6,119 nt of DNA from a virus. The notes below the pieces were generated by a model that saw only the letters and a list, made by a program, of their open reading frames with translations, was not told where the DNA came from and ran no database searches. Each line of letters begins with the position of its first letter. The first letter of the stretch is position 1. The stretch lies in IMG/VR virus record IMGVR_UViG_3300038585_000197, positions 1 through 6,119 of that record; one strand, written 5' to 3'. Positions 5,162 to 6,119 of the stretch are shown here, in pieces. The position numbers were made by a program, and so were the translations under genes.

Positions 5162-5923
5162 TTATTTCCACCAATTAAGGGTTCCTAATGGTGGAAGGGA
5201 AGTTTGTGGTAATGGCCGACGATCATAATAAGATCCATCAGGCGCGAGCTCACCATAATCTGGGGGGCGCTCTTCACTAAAGGTTAGAGCATTGCGCCAC
5301 CAGTTAGATATACGGTTGTCCTCATTCGCTTTTTCAAATTCAAGGATTTTCCGTATGGCGAAGCCTGTTATCATGCTATCGGCGTCAGGGCCTTCCGTTA
5401 CTTTAACAGTATTTCCTTGCTCACCTACATAGGTTTGCGTCGGGCTTTCGACCCTATCCGAAACAATTTCGCCATCCTCATTATAAGAAAGGCCAACTTG
5501 CGGCGCTCCAATAGCCCGCAACGCTGTTGTTATAATTGGGTCCACAGGAGGCACACCCTGAATAGGGTCTGCAGTTGGATATTCGTTTGGAATGAAGGCC
5601 GAACCCGCCGTACGACCACGACGAGCCTCATCAATTTGTATGCGCATTAAATCATTGCGCAATTCCAGGCTTTTTTGCTCGGCCGCCGAACGTCCAGTGA
5701 GAATGTCCTCAACCTTATCAAACGCATTTGTCATCGCGGTTTGCGTCATCAAAGGGGGTCTTTGCTGTTGAGCAAGACCCCCACGAATGGCTTCTAAAGG
5801 ATGAATGCCAGCTTCTTTCGCCTGGCGCACTGTATCGCTTATTCGGTTTTCATAGTTTTTTTGCTTTTGACGACCTTGGATAAGGCTTGCGCCAAAAGAT
5901 AGGAGAGGGCCTAGCCAGCTCAT
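5162..5923 (-). CDS. Microviridae minor capsid / DNA pilot protein (VP2 / H-like)
   Basis: 253 aa. The N-terminus MSWLGPLLSFGASLIQG... is Gly/Ala/Ser-rich and hydrophobic. It is followed by ...RQAKEAGIHPLEAIRGG, which matches the A-G-[LI]-N/H-P-[LI] motif I recall from VP2 proteins. It lies directly upstream of the capsid gene. SD GGAAGG lies 7 nt upstream. Its ATG overlaps the stop of the 57-aa ORF (TAATG). Confidence 0.78.
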   Translation of the reverse strand: MSWLGPLLSFGASLIQGRQKQKNYENRISDTVRQAKEAGIHPLEAIRGGLAQQQRPPLMTQTAMTNAFDKVEDILTGRSAAEQKSLELRNDLMRIQIDEARRGRTAGSAFIPNEYPTADPIQGVPPVDPIITTALRAIGAPQVGLSYNEDGEIVSDRVESPTQTYVGEQGNTVKVTEGPDADSMITGFAIRKILEFEKANEDNRISNWWRNALTFSEERPPDYGELAPDGSYYDRRPLPQTSLPPLGTLNWWK

Positions 5924-6096
5924 TAGAGAACCTTCCGTACAACAAGATCAATAAGAATGCCTACCGCAACAGGAATTGCGGCGACGATTGTTTGCACATC
6001 GTCAGAGGCATAACCAAGCGTTCCAAGGAACGTGCCAATAGTTGTTGCCATACGATGAGAGACTGGGCGCAGTATTTGATCGATTAGAAATTGCAT
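5923..6096 (-). CDS. Small 57-aa predicted membrane protein (absent from the ORF track); candidate holin-like or other membrane-active protein
   Basis: Hand translation gives MQFLIDQILRPVSHRMATTIGTFLGTLGYASDDVQTIVAAIPVAVGILIDLVVRKVL. The ATG is at 6096..6094, with AAAGG 7 nt upstream. An alternative internal ATG at 6051 would give 42 aa. An 18-residue hydrophobic stretch TIVAAIPVAVGILIDLVV is followed by RKVL. A second Gly-rich weakly hydrophobic stretch is TTIGTFLGTLGYA. The stop overlaps the pilot-gene ATG as TAATG. The 5' part lies in the terminal repeat. Confidence 0.55.
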   Translation of the reverse strand: MQFLIDQILRPVSHRMATTIGTFLGTLGYASDDVQTIVAAIPVAVGILIDLVVRKVL

Positions 6097-6119
6097 TACT
6101 TAACCTTTCTTTGTGCAAT
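6021..6119. repeat. Terminal direct repeat, copy 2 (identical to 1-99)
   Basis: It is an exact 99/99 match to the window start. Confidence 0.95.

Noticed and set aside
5152-5164. Short tandem (TTAGG)2.6 in the pilot-capsid intergenic spacer.
   Set aside because: It is only 13 nt long and overlaps the pilot stop codon, so it appears to be trivial low-complexity sequence.
2929-5181. Exact 11-nt direct repeat ccaattaaggg at 2929-2939 and 5171-5181. In the - sense each copy lies about 30 nt upstream of a gene start (peptidase and capsid).
   Set aside because: A few exact 11-mer matches are expected by chance in 6 kb (about N^2/2 divided by 4^11, which is several). The flanks do not align. One copy is in a hairpin loop and the other is coding sequence at the pilot C-terminus.
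71-6087. All + strand ORFs in the track: 71..436, 352..681, 877..1143, 1302..1583, 2385..2573, 3673..3909, 4028..4240, 4244..4495, 4647..4844, 5417..5650 and 5887..6087.
   Set aside because: Each lies antisense to a well-supported - strand gene or to the NCR. Several start at non-ATG codons (for example TTG at 71 and at 1302). None has a convincing SD. Their products are low-complexity or hydrophobic, as expected for shadow ORFs. Microviruses transcribe a single strand.
1-6119. Search for tRNA, rRNA, CRISPR arrays, integrase/transposase genes or IS-type terminal inverted repeats.
   Set aside because: None was seen. There are no T-loop GGTTCGA-type motifs, no regularly spaced repeats, and no ORF with recombinase or DDE motifs. 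The only long repeat is the terminal assembly overlap.

Overview
This window is a complete, circularly permuted Microviridae (small ssDNA phage) genome of about 6,020 nt. It was assembled with a 99-nt terminal redundancy: positions 1-99 are identical to 6021-6119. All convincing genes lie on the - strand and are tightly packed, with two TAATG stop/start overlaps, an 11-nt overlap and a 40-nt overlap. Going round the circle in the direction of transcription, the order is: a 57-aa membrane-type ORF missed by the ORF track, a VP2/H-like pilot protein (253 aa), the VP1/F major capsid protein (555 aa), a 166-aa protein with an acidic tail (possible scaffold), a 261-aa VanY/M15-type zinc peptidase (endolysin-like), a 60-aa ORF, a ~545-nt non-coding region, the VP4/A-type HUH replication initiator (345 aa) and a very basic 106-aa protein. 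Four points deserve a second look. (1) A cell-wall peptidase sits in a phage family that classically lyses without a muralytic enzyme. (2) The unlisted small transmembrane ORF is translationally coupled to the pilot gene. (3) The non-coding region is unusually long, relatively GC-rich and hairpin-dense for a microvirus; it includes a perfect 20-bp stem-loop whose T-tract is on the non-coding-sense side. (4) An A_AAA_AAA heptamer sits exactly at the junction of the Rep gene and the basic-protein ORF, which is in the -1 frame. All functional calls rest on motifs read by eye and recalled family patterns. No database search was possible.
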